Source of the DNA: Lama glama
Lineage: Eukaryota
DNA: 64,000 bases
Assembly (NCBI GenBank): GCA_028534125.1
Contig: CM052818.1
Coordinates: forward strand, 48,486,001-48,550,000
Direction: 5' to 3'
Part shown: in pieces, positions 1 to 13,545 of the stretch
Position numbering within the stretch: the first letter of the stretch is position 1
Layout: the number at the start of each line of letters is the position of its first letter
Translations under genes and position numbers: made by a program
The notes under the pieces: generated by a model
Database searches by the model: none
Seen by the model: only the letters and a program-made list of their open reading frames with translations
What the model was told of the DNA's origin: nothing

Positions 1-1604
1 CAAGCGATCCAACAGGGCTAGAAACAAAGCGTTTTGAAGATGCAGAAGAAGAGAGCCGTCCATTCTGCCTGGCAGGGCTGGCAAAGCACGCCAGTTCCGA
101 GTGCTTTTGATGGAAAACAGCCAAAAATAAACCCAGATTGGCTTAAAGAACAAGAGAACGTTTACAGAATAGCGATGCCAATACTTGGTCAGGGGCAGGG
201 CTGGGCTGAGGGACTCAGCTGACTTCACCAGCCTCTACTTGCCTCAGTCCCGGTCGGGTCCATCCTGCGGGCGGGAGGCTTCATTTTCAGATCACGAGTC
301 GGGGCGACACGGCAGCGTCCACTGCGATACTGCGTGTCTGCCAAGTTTGCATGCAGCAGGCACAAAGCCTGCACACGTGACGAAGGCCCAGCGGAGGCCT
401 TCTGTGCCCTATTGGCTCTGAACTGCTTAACGCCCCTGCATTCTTTCGACTGGGCCATTGGAGTGGGCCCATCACAGCGCCTGGAGGGGAAGTCAGCTCT
501 GTCCAATTCTCATGGGTGAAGAGCCTTGAAAACATAATCTTCCTCCAAAAAAGTAAATATATTGTTTTAGTAAAAGGAATTTGGATGGATGTTGAGCGGC
601 AGACATCAGCGGTAAATGAGCTGGACGTAAAAGCCTGAAGGCGGGAAATGCTTTAGGTGTGCCCAGCCGTTGGCCAGGCCGACGGCACACGCAGAGGAAT
701 ACAGACATAAAAGTGTGAAGATGGGGACGGATTTTCAGGACTTAGCGAGCGTTTGGTGAATGAGCGGTGAGGAATCAAAGATGACCTAAGTCCACGCTGC
801 AGGATCAATGGCTGTATTACTGTCTATCCGCCTTAATTACTTATTTCTTAGGGTTGATTTTCAGAGCACGCGTGTTGTCCCTTCAGAGAACAGTACACAT
901 AACTTGGTGGTTTGGGTCTGAGAGAAGATCCTAGCAAGTGTGTGCCCAGGAGAGCTGGAGGGGAAGATAGGAAGACAGGAAAAAAGGTAGGAAGCCCTCT
1001 GCCTGTTTCTACAGGCAAATCCCAAAGCACCCCAAAAGGCGTGCCGCGTTTACCCTTCTATCTGTCCGGTCATCATGAGGTGAGAGTACTGCTGAATTGG
1101 AAAGGGCGAGCTCAGTGCGCGTGGAGAGCCCTCGCACACAGGATGGGGAACTGTCTGGCCCACGTACACTCTATTCCACTTTCAGACTTTGACACAGAAA
1201 CCACCGAACAATCACGATGGTGCAGCCATCTCTATGGTCAATGCCCACGGGATAAATTACCTTGACTCAATTTATAATTTTGCGGTCCAGTCTAATTGGT
1301 CACAGCAATAGCTGTTAACCTTCTTACTTGAAGGCAAACTGTGCTTTGGGTAATTTTGATATAAACCATGGGTAATTAGTATTATGCTGTTAATACAGTA
1401 TTAGGGAAAGAAAAGTATGTATGGTGACAGGCTGAGTTTTAAGTCTGACTCTGTTCTTTTCCGCAAGGGGAGATTTTTATTCTGTCTTCCTGATTCCCAG
1501 CATCCACAGGGATCAAACAGGGATGGGTACAGAGAACCGCATGTACTTCTGGCACGATGAAGCATGCTGTTGGGTTGTTGGGAAAAAATCAGACTGGAGA
1601 AGGC

Positions 1605-1980
1605 ACTTGGTCCTTTGCATGTGCTATTTCCTTGGCCAAGAATATGATTCTTTCCTCCCCGCATCTTCATGCTTCAACTTCGCCTGCTAATTCTTACTTA
1701 TGAGAATTGACCTTAGACATGCCAGCTGCAGTTTCTCTGAATCTTCCAGATTGCTCCCTCCCTAGTATGAACACCACAGCTCCCCATGCCCTCTTCTAAC
1801 TGTCCTTCCTCCACTGGTCTAATCCCTAGACCTCTAGTCTAGCTCCCTCTTGACTCCATGATGGCGGGAGACAGGTCGATGTTTTGCACAGTTGTATTGT
1901 CCCCAGGGACCAGCGCAGAGCCTCGCATGTCGTAGGCAACCATCAATATGTGTTGAATGAATGCTTGAATGAGTGAGTAA
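1605..1980 (+). mobile_element. LINE-2 3' remnant
   Basis: CCTTTGCATGTGCTATTTCCTTGG near the start and the typical L2 terminus ...AATATGTGTTGAATGAATGCTTGAATGAGTGAGT. Confidence 0.75.
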
Positions 1981-2179
1981 TTTAATGGGACCTTTAAGTG
2001 GAATGATGTAGGCTCTCGATTAAAAGCCTGCTGAGATGTGGACCTATGGTCAGTTTGGCGTTAACTTGAAGGACATGAGCAAAAAAAGTCTACGTGATCC
2101 TTAAAGCATATGTGGACGCCGTTATATCCTCCCTGTTTCTGTCAGTCAGCAGCTTGGTTCACTAAGCGGGGAGTCTGAT

Positions 2180-2300
2180 GCAGAGAGAAGAACACCACAT
2201 ACTGAAAATGCAGGCTTGAAATCCACTGGTGCTATTTGTAAGCTATTTCTTAGCATCATTCCACCTGCCTGAGCCTGCTTACTCACTTACAGAGGAAGAA
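2180..2300 (+). mobile_element. MIR remnant
   Basis: Degenerate MIR core (GGCTTGAAATCC...CTGCCTGAGCCT...CTCACTTACAGAGG). Confidence 0.4.
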
Positions 2301-3108
2301 TGCCGATCATGGCACATGCATGTCTATATATGCAGAATTAAACTGATTTAATTTATCTATGTTACTTACATACTATAATTAAGAGTTAATATGTGACTTC
2401 ATGTATACACACACACATATATATATATGTATATAAGTCTGGTAAAGGTGTTACGAAAGTTAAATAAGAAAATAAAATGCCTTGTAGAACGGAAAGAGGT
2501 ATTTAAACAAAAGTATTACAACAAAACGAAATCTGCCCTCGAGATGCACGCAGGCACAGTCCAGGCGTAACCAGGAGGGGTCAGGTCAGCCTTGGCCTCT
2601 CCCTCGTGCCCCATCCCGTGCCTCAGTAATCAGTGGACTTTGGCTGGTAAAATAAATCGTCTGTGCATAGTATTCTTCCTTTCTGCACAAAGTGAGTGGT
2701 CGTGGGCAGTGGCCCTCAGGGAATTCTGTAACAGCAGCAGAGACACATCTTATCACAGCTCTGTCCCCTCGTTTGTAGACTTGTACACAGCTTAAGGAAA
2801 GTCCATTCGACATCTTCTCATTCCTTACTCTTCAACTGCTAAAACGTCGTTTTGCTAAATTAATTTCATGTCCAGAAACCTCACGCGTTCGTCATATAGG
2901 TCTTTTTAAAGTTTTTGTTCTCGGAGCTGAGGGAGCAGAGCCGTGTCGCACCCCCCGCCCAGACCTGCATACACTTAACAAACCCCTACAAGTTGGAGAT
3001 GGACTTGACATTTAGAATTCAGCGTTCACGCTGATGCTAAATGCAGGCAGAAGCACCCTGCCCTCCTCTGGTAAATGAACTTTCAATTTACCAATAAGAA
3101 AACCACAG

Positions 3109-3278
3109 TATTGGACTGTGCTAAACTTAACTTTCAAATTGTTGTATAATGAATATTAATTGAATATGTATTGATTTTGTTCTTTTGACTAATGGAGTCA
3201 TTTCAAAAGAAAAGCGTGTTTCAGTAATTAAGCAGATTAAAAGAGACAACATATATTTCTTGTTTAATCAGTCCAATA
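3109..3278. mobile_element. Candidate Tc1/mariner-type MITE
   Basis: TA-TTGGACTG (3109-3118) and CAGTCCAA-TA (3269-3278) form an inverted repeat that extends imperfectly to TAAAC; AT-rich interior. Confidence 0.45.
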
Positions 3279-3789
3279 ATTGAGTTCCACTAGTTTAAAT
3301 TCACATCTACTCCCTATTTAATCAAATTGAAATGCTATGTTTGTCCTAAAACTAAAAAGTTGCACGGATAGGACACTCAACCCAGAGAATCACGTTTCAG
3401 AAATCACCATGAGTAAAGGCGTATTATTCTTACTCAAAGTTCGTCAGGGATAGGTTTTCCTTGAAAGTATTGTAGGTCCTGAAGTTGTTTCTGGAACCAC
3501 ACCAGTGACAGCAGCATCGCTGTGTCTCTGACATGACACAGGGATAGCACATTGCAGGCCTGATGGCACCATGGGCCCCAACGTGTGAATAAAGTGACCA
3601 CAGCAACGTAAACAATGGCCCAACACAGAGGCGTGTTAACAGCTGTAGAACAGAGCTCTCTGTGGTCCCGTGGATCAAAACAACAGCACAGCTGGGACAG
3701 AAACCTGATTTATGCCATTTTCACTCATAAGGACCTAAGAGGGATTTAAAACTCACAGACTGAGGGAACGGGAGGGATTCCATGGCTTT

Positions 3790-5457
3790 CAGAGACAAAA
3801 TTCTTTCACGCATAGAGAAAGCTGTGACCCAGAATATCCAACATGATACTGAAGAAGAACAACGTTAAAAAACTGACATTACCTGACTTCAAGACTTACT
3901 ATAAAGCTGCAGTCGTCAGGACAGAACGGTATTGCTGGAATAATAGATGAATAGAGCAACGGGATGGAACAGAGTCCAGGAATAGATTCACATAAATATA
4001 GTCAACCGGTCTTTGATAAAGGAGCAAAGGCAATACAATGGAGCAAAGACAGTCCATTTAACAAATGGTAATGTAACTACTAGACGTTCACAGGCCCAAA
4101 AAAAAAAAGAAAGAATATAGACACACACTTGACACTCTTCACAAAGGTTAACTCAAAATGAATCACAGACCCAAATGTAAAACACAGAACTATAAAAATC
4201 CTAGAAGATAACATGGGAGAAAACCTACATGACCTTGGGTCAGGCAATGACTTTTTAGGTACAATACCAAAGGCATGATCCATGAACGAAGTAATTGATA
4301 AGTTGAACTTCATTAAAATGAAAAGCTTCTGTTCTGCAGAAGACAATACCAAGAGAATCAGCAGACAAGCCACCAACTGGGAGCAGCTATTTGCAAAAGA
4401 CACACTTAATAAAGGACTGTTATCTAAAATACACAAAGTACTCTCAAAATTCAAAAAGCAAAAAAGGAACAACCTGATTAAAACAATGGGCCAAAGACCT
4501 CAAGAGCCACACAGATGGCAATAAGCGTGAGGAATGAAGGCAGCATCACGTGTCATCAGGAACATGCAAATTAAAACAATGAGACCCCACTGCACGTTTA
4601 TTAGAATGGCCACGAACCAGAAGACTGACAGCACCAAACACTGGCAAGGATGTGGAGCAACAGGAAGTCTCTTTTATTGCTGGCGGGGATTCTGTACAGC
4701 CGCTCTGGAGGCAGCTTGGTTACTTTTTACAAAATTAAACGTACCCATCGCATGATCCAGTAATCATACTCCAACAGTTGTAGTCCTTGGTATTTACCTG
4801 AAGGAAATGAAAACTTATGTCTGTCCACACAGAAATTTTTACTTGACTGTTTACAGCCACATTGTTTATAATTGCTGAAACTTGTCAAAACTTGGAAGCA
4901 ACCAAGGTCTAGTAGGTGAGTGGATAAATTACCCAGACAATGGAATAGTATTTAGCACTAAAAAGCAATGAGCTATCAAGCCATAAAGAGACAGGAAGAA
5001 ACTTTAATGTGTCTTACCAAGTGAAAGAAGCCAATCTGAAAAGACTTCAGACTTTGATTCCAGTTATATGGAAAAGGCAAAACTACGGTGAAAGTGAAAA
5101 GATCAGTGGATGAGAGGGGCAAGGGAAGGTGAGGGACAGGTGAGTAGTCAGGGCACAGTGGATTTTAGGGCCATGAAACTACCCTGCAGGAAGCAGTAAC
5201 GTTGGACACATGTCATACACCAGCCCAAATCCACAGTTATGACACCAGGAGTGAACCCCTGGACTTTGAATTATATGATGTGTCAATGGAGGTTCCTCAC
5301 TCTAACAAATGTACCATCTGGCGGGAGGGGGGGTGTGATAATGAGGGAGGCCATGCCTGTGCAGGGGCAGGGGGAATCTTAGAAACCTCTGTACCTTCCC
5401 CCCATTTTTGCCATGAACCTAAGACTGCTATTAAAAACAAGCCTACTAAAAAAAACA
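3790..5457 (+). mobile_element. Old L1 (L1MB/L1MC-like): disrupted ORF2 3' part plus 3'UTR
   Basis: ORFs 4282-4524 (IDKLNFIKMKSFCSAEDNTKRISRQATNWEQLFAK) and 4534-4755 (MQIKTMRPHCTFIRMA) resemble the ORF2p C-terminus; ends GAACCTAAGACTGCTATTAAAAACAAGCCTACTAAAAAAAA. Confidence 0.92.
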
Positions 5458-5479
5458 AACGGACAAACTGTAGCACGTG

Positions 5480-5762
5480 CTGTCAAGAAGCCAGAGGAAA
5501 GACCGAGGTGAAGAAGTAACGACGTCCCTGGATGCAGCCCCACCTGAACCCCTCAGGAACAGCCTCGGCCCAGCTGTTTGCCCCGAGAGCAGGGCCTTTC
5601 CGGAAGCAGTCCCACCCCCGTGCCGTCCCAGAAAACCAGCACAGCTGAGCCTGCATGGAACAGGCCGGCCCAAGCTAATTAGCTAAAAACAGGGATGACT
5701 GCTGTTGTTTTAAGCCGCTGGATTTGGGGGCGATCTGTTACACAGGAGTACATAGCAGGAGC
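5480..5762 (+). mobile_element. MaLR (MLT1-type) LTR remnant
   Basis: 3' end TGTTGTTTTAAGCCGCTGGATTTGGGGGCGATCTGTTACACAG matches MLT1 LTR termini. Confidence 0.7.
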
Positions 5763-6789
5763 AGGGACTCAAGAGAGAGGGCCCTGATTTCAAAGCAGCC
5801 AGCAATTCATTGCGGGATCTTGGAAAGCGGTTTACTTGCTTTGACTTTCAGCTGAATTTTGCACAAAGCCGCAGAGCCCTTCAGCCCTCCGAAATAACTT
5901 CGGATCACTGAAATAGCCTCCAAGCGTTTTCCTTACAAATGCAAGCCTGCCTCTCAGAGACGCTCCTGCCTAAAATACTTGCCTCTTCTCTGTGGATATA
6001 GATAAGCACACGCATAAAGGAAGAAATGCGGGAACAGATTTCTCACCCAGGAAACCCAGAGCTTTACATAGTAAGAAACGTTTTGCTTCCTGCTTCAAAT
6101 TCTTCCTGGGGAACTCATGCAGGCCGTGCGTGTGTGCATTCAACTCAACTGTTCTTAAACTCGCTCTGTTGTGCCGAGTGACAGCTTGGCATCTGGAGTT
6201 GCCTTCCTGAGAGAGCCCCCACTTCCCTGAAGTCCCATATGTGCGAAGTCTGGCTGGGTGCACCCACAGACTCCACGCCGTCTGGGGAGACCAAGGCTGG
6301 GTCTGCACTCGCAGTCACTGGGTTTGTCCTAAGGGACACAGCTCCGTTCAGGAAGCAGGGAAGCTACTGCAGCAACTGGCTGGGAGGGAGGAAAGAGACA
6401 TTTAGGTGAGAGATTAGTCCCTTGAAGTTTTCAGTGCCGAGGTCTACTCTGATGATCTCCAAGGGAAGGCAGAGCTAAAGGCTTGGAAGTCCTTCCCCTT
6501 TGCTCCCCTCAGTTACCAATTTATGAGTTTACCTTGAAATCCAGTCATCCTCAGGTTTTCTTACAGGGACTATTTGTCCGGCCATTGACCTTGAAACATC
6601 TTGCCGTCAGGGGCCATTTGGAACCCCGCATGATTTGAGCTACAAGCCTAAATGAGCGGGTGCCTTCCACTGGAAGAGCCTGCCGGCGTAAGCCTTTACC
6701 TTCTCAAAGTGGTGGCGTGGCAAGTATCGCTACTGCTGGGGACTCAGAGACCTGGTCCTGAGGACAGCCGTCCTCCTTCAGCAGAAATA

Positions 6790-7100
6790 AAGCCGATCGT
6801 TGCGTTATTCCAGGAGCGCCGTGCGACCAAAACCTGTTCTCATCACAGGAGCAGCCGCCCGCAGCACCGCGGAAAGCCCCCTCCTTCAGCCTAACGCGGA
6901 GGACCGGCCGCCGCTCTGGGCCAACCTAGTCACGCCCTCCGCTGGGCCGGCGGTAAGAAGACGCACCTGGCGCGCAAGGCCAGGTCCGTGAACAGCAAGC
7001 GTCCCCAGGTCCCCAGGGCGCGGGGTCGCCCCCGCCTTCGGCAGAAGGCGCCCCCGGTGGCCTTGCCACTCCCCTTTTCCGCCTCTCTGCACCCCAGGCT
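6790..7100. promoter_or_regulatory. Short CpG-rich peak (small CpG island)
   Basis: Dense CpG and high GC against an AT-richer background; GC-box-like CCCCGCC at about 7030; possible donor GCG|GTAAGA at about 6952. Confidence 0.5.
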
Positions 7101-7644
7101 GGGCTCCACCCCTTCTAAGCTTTGTATGCAAAACACATTCTAGGCTCTGTGTGTTGGCACAGAGTTACTTGAAGGAAACAGAACCCAGGTGCCCAAAGTG
7201 CAGCACAGGTTTCTTTTCTAACAGCCACTTAATCTGACAGAAGCCCCAGAAACACGTCCGGTTCCTCACACAGCTTTACGCGGAGGTAAAGCTGCACGCG
7301 AAAGTGCGCATTTTGCCCGTTTTCCATAAAGAACAGGTATTGTTTTTAAGGTCAGAGGAAGGAAAGCATTGCTTGAAATACCATATTTGGATTCAACAAA
7401 GATGTAAAAGACATTAGTGACATTCTGGGTGTGGGGTCGATCACGTACATATATTTAATCTAGTTTATTTTAAACTGCAGTTCTGCGGTAGTGGCATTTG
7501 CCTTTCTTCTTCTTCTTCCTTTTTGTTTTTTAATGAAGAGACTGAAGTAGTTTTTTCAAACAGCTGCTGTGTGTGGAGCTAGGACTCAGGTCAGCCCTGG
7601 CCCCTCAGTGCAGCCTCCCCACGTCCCCGCCGCCCCACAGCTCT

Positions 7645-7812
7645 GTCCCGGCTTCCCAAGCCTGCGTGTGCGTAGGAAAGACCTGCGTCTTGTTAAATCA
7701 CAGACTCTGATTCAGTGGCTCTGGATCTGGGGCGAGACCTGAGAATCGGCTTGTTGCCCGAGTTCCCAGGCAGCGTGGCTGGTCTCAAACCACGCTCCGT
7801 TTGCTCAGTACT
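7645..7812. mobile_element. MER5-like hAT-Charlie DNA transposon fossil
   Basis: CTTGTTAAA...CAGACTCTGATTCAGTGG...TCTGGGGCGAGACCTGAGAAT...GAGTTCCCAGG...GCTGGTC motif order. Confidence 0.75.
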
Positions 7813-7924
7813 ACCTGCATTGCTAAATCAAACTTTTCAGAAATTTCAGTGTCTCTTAATTCTTAGTTTTCTGCTTGTAATTTCTGAACCTCCAGAATAG
7901 CCTCTATAATTTCAGGGAGCAATT

Positions 7925-8190
7925 ACAGTACCCATTTTATCATTTAGGCAGCTGAGATTTCTCCAGTGAAAGTGGTTTCTCCAAGTTCCCACAACCAGTA
8001 CGAGTGGATAAAATACAGAGTCAAATACAACGCTTGAATTCCCTAGGTTCAAGTTATTTGCTACCAATGACCACAGGTCTACCAGACAGAGCTACCCTGA
8101 GAATTAACTGAGAAAGTGCAAATAAAGAACGGAAAAGTCTCAGAACACTCCCCACCCCATAGGAAGCAGTTAATAAATGTTCGTACTTAT
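7925..8190. mobile_element. Two MIR fragments (minus, then plus)
   Basis: CCCATTTTATCATTTAGGCAGCTGAG (minus-strand core) and GAGAATTAACTGAGA...TAATAAATGTT (plus-strand tail). Confidence 0.55.
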
Positions 8191-10966
8191 CGTGGGTGTT
8201 GTAATAAACCAGAGACAGTGGACTAGAGGCAGTGCAGTCGCCACTGTCCGAGTTGTAGAGAATGATGAAACATAACGTGTGGAAAGAACTCAATATTTCA
8301 CTGACAAATGCACACTGTACACAAGTGCATGGTGCGATGTCGCTGCCCGGACACAGAAGCAGCCTTGAGTTCCATGAGAGGAAGCACGTCGCTCTGGACC
8401 CCGGTCAGGAGCCAAGTCAGAAAGGTGTTGCGTGTTGACAGAGTGGACCCACTAACTTGTTTCCTGTGGCCCCACGGGGTTCAGCCTACCGTATTTACCT
8501 GTCAAATAATATAAAGAAGCCTCATGGGAACCAGTCCAGTTAGCTGAACTACGAAACGAATAAGCACCCACCGGCATAAATGCAGTCAACAGAGAGGAGA
8601 CTAAACACAGTTACAACCAGTGTTCATTTTGATTCGTTTGGTCAATGATGTTTATACTTTCCCATTTTAGGGAAAAATTGTTAGTAGTCTAGATTATCCA
8701 ACACAGACTGCTGTGGAAGCAGAGTGCTGCTCCCTGTCACCGGGCACTGTCTGGGAGCCCTCGTACTGCAGGGAGATGGGGTATCAGAATGGGTTTTGGA
8801 AACGAATGCCCAGAAGGATCCTCTTACGTCTAAGATCCCTAACACACACTTTTTATTAGAACTAACAGCAAAAGGTAATCCTGCAGATCCGAAAGCTAAG
8901 CAAACATAGCGAGACCTTGTCCGCAGGGGTGTGAAAGGGAACAGGAGACGTTTGGGAAGGTCCTTGGGGGTAGCTGGGCCCTGGGCAGGGATTCTGAGGA
9001 CGGGAAATACTAAAACACGTAGGAAGGGTTTTATGGTGACTGTCAATAACTCAGGCCCTGAATCTGAAAGTTTGTTTGTAGGTAATGTCTCCATTGTCGT
9101 GATTAATTTTGAATGAAAACAGAAATTAGAACCAGTCGGAATTGTGCTTTCAAGCAGGATCACTTCTGTCGGCGGTCATCACGGGCAGTTATCAAATGAG
9201 GCATGAGTTAATGACCTTTCATTCTTGCATATTTTGCGGTACTTTTTCAAATCCTTCTTGTGTAACAGAGAAGCGAGGGAAACTGTCTAGCTTTCAGTCT
9301 CCCAAAATACTGGGGATAAAATTGACTCTTATTTTTAATAATTAACAGCCAAGCACTCCCTTTTAGAGATCTTCACATTTTTTTTTTTTTGGTAAGTTTT
9401 GAATGAATATCTGTCATGTGCCTAAAAGGACATGTTTAAATGGTTGTTAAAGTTCTCTGCTTTCAATTAAAACAAAGAACAAAAAAGCTGGACCTAAGTA
9501 TGATTACCACTATATTTCATGGTCATTAGTACTAAACAGCCTTAATAAGAACATGCACTAAAAATGTCCCCTTCCTAACGTTTGTGAAAGCAACGCCTTC
9601 AATAGCAGCCAAAGGCTTTTTAAGTAATACAAAGCCTTTTAGTATTCACGGCATGCTCTTCTGTTTTCACAAGGAAAAATAAGAAATGATATTTTAAGTC
9701 TGCAGAGTAGAATACCTTTTACATACTCAATATGCAGTTCTCTCAAGTTTATGCCTCCACCCCACCAAACACTAAATTTAATAGGCTGCAGTGTGGTGAA
9801 ACACAGATTCTTGGATCTGACTCATTCTGATCGCTTTTGAAAATTAGGCATTCAGAAATAGATTATGGGTAAAACTTGATTTCACCTTGCATTATAGAAT
9901 TATAAAAAAGAGGACAAGGGTTTTTGTTTGTTTCTTGGAATTTCACTTTTTTTTAAGCACTGGATAAAACATTTGGGATCTGCTACACCGGCCTTGCAGG
10001 AAGATGCTTGCTTTTTGACAATTCTGAAAGTGTGGACTGTGTCCACTTCACATGTGTGACTCCCTTTGGCTAATTCACAATTCCCTGTTGATGACTGACT
10101 GTGTTTCTTGCATCCTGACTGTGTAGCTTAGTATGTTGCTGATGTGCTTTTAAACATCCCTGAACACGGGGTAAGGTTTGTAATGCAGTTATAAAGCCAA
10201 TTACTGCAATTTCAGTGACTTGAAGCACACAATGCAGAGGTCAGTGGTGGTACGTTACCAAATGTGGCCCTTAGGGGGCTGGCCAAGTCCGTCTCTCTCT
10301 CGCCCTTCCCCTGTCCCCACCTGTTCTCTGACTGCTCCTTCTCACACTTGCCTCTTTTCCTTACACATACTGCTTTTTCATCCCCCTGTTCATATGTCTC
10401 CTCTTTCACATCTCAGCTCCAGGGTTGTCTCCAGGAATCCCAGGGAACAGCTTCCATCCTACCACGCCATCCCTGAACTGGTGGTGTCCTGTGTCTCTGC
10501 CCGCAAGGTCTGTGCCTTCTGGGACTTCATTGTAGGGAACGCGCTGAAACCACGAGTCACTAGACTCTCCCCCGCCCCGCCCCCACTGCTCTGTGAGCAG
10601 CTGGAGGACAGGTGCGAGGCTAATGCTTACCCCCAGGGACTGCTAGCTACACATTTGGAGTTTTGTTTTAAAATAAGAAGACTTAGAAACTCTTTGGCTG
10701 TGTGTCCTCACTTGCAGAATTATCAGTTTGGCCAGTATTCTACTAGGTTGTTATAAGGATGAAATGAATAACATTTTTTTCAAGATCTCATTTAAAAATT
10801 CCTTTAATAACAGATTTGCTGTCTTCACAAGCTCTTTGATGTGAATTGAAGACATTTTTGACAATGTCTTGTTTATAATTCACAATTCGTTAAGAACCAA
10901 GACTAACATAAATGTTCAAGCTTTATTTCATTAGTCTTGGGCATTTTTTTATCTGAAAAAAAGGCG

Positions 10967-11021
<55 letters not shown>
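10967..11021. repeat. (TA)n microsatellite
   Basis: Directly visible. Confidence 0.97.
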
Positions 11022-11784
11022 AGGCTAAGAAATAAGTGGCATGCCTGTGGACCCACAAGCTTCCTGTAGAAGAGGAGGCTGGAGGACCCACTCAAGCCCC
11101 TCCCTCCCCAAACTCTCTCTCCACCCCCAGTGTCTACAACCTTCCATGCACGGGCAGCATGTCACCGCATGGTGCCCCTTCCCCGTGCCTGGTTATTGTT
11201 CAGCTAGATCAGTACCGCTTGGAGAAAACAAGCGCTCTTTTTACTTAGCAATTCGGACAACTCACATAGCGTAGTTTTGAAATTGCTCTTTGCAGTGGAT
11301 GGGAAAAATAGTGAAATAAGTTGATAACGTGTGTAGGTGTACGTGTGTGCATATCAAATAAGGAAGAGCTTCTGCAAGGAAAACGGGATCTTTGGCTGGT
11401 ACCATCATGATAAATTTTCCTAACAAATGTTAGAAACGATTTTTTCTTCTTTCAAGTTATTCCTTGTTCTTATATAAAAAAAATATAAGGACCGCATGGA
11501 TGCACAAGAGCTTCAGGCAGAAAATGAGCCAATTGTGAAGATGCCTGAAGATCCATAAACTGCAAGACAAGTGAAGCCAATCACGGATGCCAGATGCTAG
11601 CCACTAACTGGACGGCAGGCGAGGTTCTGGGCCGGAGTATTTGGACACACTGTAGGCGGTCGAGGTTTCAGTGTCTGACACTATATCAAGCAAAGGAATA
11701 GCTCCACATGTGTTCTGAGATTAATCCGGCCCCTGGAATTTATTTTTGCTTGGTTTTGGTAAAATGGCCCCTTTAACAAAAAAG

Positions 11785-12332
11785 ACTCAACTTTACTGAG
11801 ACATAATTTGCATAATTTACGTAGCACACACATTTTGAGTGTATAGTTTGATGAGTTTAGACAAATACATGCATGTGCATTGACGATCGCTCCCAAAAAG
11901 ATACAAAACACTTCCATCACTCAGGAAGTTCCCTCTTGCTCCTCTGCGGTCAGCCCTCCCCGTCCTCGTAACGTCGGCGATCAGATTTCTATCACACTCA
12001 CTGTTACAACAGGTTGATTTTGCCTCTTTTAGCATTTCATATTAATGGAATCATAACACACATTCTCTTATTTCTGGCCTCTTCCACTCGATCTGTTTCA
12101 GAGATACATCTCTATTGTAGCGTGTGTCCATTTTTTTTTCCGTTTTGCTGCTGGGTTGACGATTACACCACAGACTGGCCGTTAGCCTGTTGGTGGGTCA
12201 GTGCATTTCTGTTTTTCAATTACTATGAGTAAGGTTGGTGTGGGCACATATGTCCTAGTCTTCTTGTGAACGTGTGTTTGCAGTTATCTCAGGTAAGTGC
12301 TTGGTGGTGGAATTACTGGGTTATACGGTAAG
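11785..12332 (-). mobile_element. Old L1 (L1ME/L1MB-like) 3' end, first part
   Basis: ACTTTACTGAGACATAATTTGCATAA...CATTTTGAGTGTATAGTTTGATGAGTTT is an antisense L1M 3' terminus. Confidence 0.85.
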
Positions 12333-12879
12333 TATGGCAGACAGAACTCTGCAGACTGCCCCAGGCCTCCCTGCCCCCTGGACTGCATGGCCCTGTAGTC
12401 CCTTCCTCTGAGTGGCAGCAGGACCTGGGAATGATAGATGTCATTTCCATGATTGGGTCACAAAGATGCAAGAATTTGAAGCTGTCATTAAAACTTCGAA
12501 TCAATTGACGTTCAGTCAATTAGCAGAGAGATCTCCAGGGTGGGCCTAACCTAATCTGGCAAGCCTTTTAAAAGAGGCTCTGGGGTAAAAAACTGGCCTC
12601 CTGGCCTCAAAGAAGCAAGACACCAAGACCTGTACCGCTGCAAGGAAATTAACTCCTTGCAACAGCCACGTGAGCTTGGGAGTGGACCCAGAGCCTCAGA
12701 TGAGACCTCAGCCCCGGGTGACAACTTGACTGAAGCCTTCCAAGTGGTGGACCAGGGTGAAGCATTGCCTGGATTCCTAGTGTGTGGAAACTGTGAGATA
12801 ATAAATGTGAGTCAGTTTAAGTTGCTAAATTTGCAGTAATTTGTCACACAGAAGCAAAAACAAACAAAAAGCGAATATA
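12333..12879 (+). mobile_element. MaLR solo LTR (MLT1D/E-like) nested in L1
   Basis: Starts TATGGCAGACAGAA, ends TTTAAGTTGCTAAATTTGCAGTAATTTGTCACACAG...AATATA; 5-bp TSD GTAAG (12328-12332) / ATAAG (12880-12884). Confidence 0.88.
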
Positions 12880-13545
12880 ATAAGTACATTCATCTTTTTA
12901 TAAATACTGCTCAACTTTTCTCAGATACAGTTGACCATTTTACAGTGCCAAGTTCAGCGTATCGGAGTTCAAGTTTTTCCGTATGCTCAGCAGGATTTGA
13001 TCCAGGTGTCTTTTCATTTTATCCATTCAAGTAAGTGTGTACTAGCCTGGCCCTGTGGCTTTCATCTAGATTTCCCTCTTTTTATTTTTTCTGTCTTCTC
13101 TTAACAATGTCTTATAGTCATTTTTGCAGAGGTCTTAAACATCTTTCATAAAATGTATTCCTAAGTATGACGGAGGATATTGTAAATGGCGTTTTATGTT
13201 TCATTTTCCCCTTGTTTAAGTTTTGGTTATTAACCATTATCCTGCAAGCTTGACAAATCCATTGTTTGTCCTAAAAAATTCCTTAGAGGTCCCCCATAGA
13301 CAATCATGCCGTCTGCGAAATAATTGTGCCTTTATTTCTTTTTCTTGCCTTATTACAATTGCTGTGGCTCACAGGAAGCAGTGAGAGTTAATGCCCAAAG
13401 CTCGCACGCAGTCTCTGGAGGAATGTATCTAGTCTTTTACCAGTGAGTGCAATAGTACATGTGTTCTTGTAGATGCTCCTTTTTTCAGCTGGGTGAAGTT
13501 CTCTTCTCTTCATACTTGGCTGATAATTTTCTTTTCATGAATGGA
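12880..13545 (-). mobile_element. Old L1, continuation after the nested LTR
   Basis: Antisense L1 sequence resumes (GACCATTTTACA..., TGTATTCCTAAGTA, TTGTAGATGCTCCTT). Confidence 0.7.

Noticed and set aside
4080..4755. L1 ORF2-like ORFs as functional CDS
   Set aside because: Frameshifted, 5'-truncated fossil
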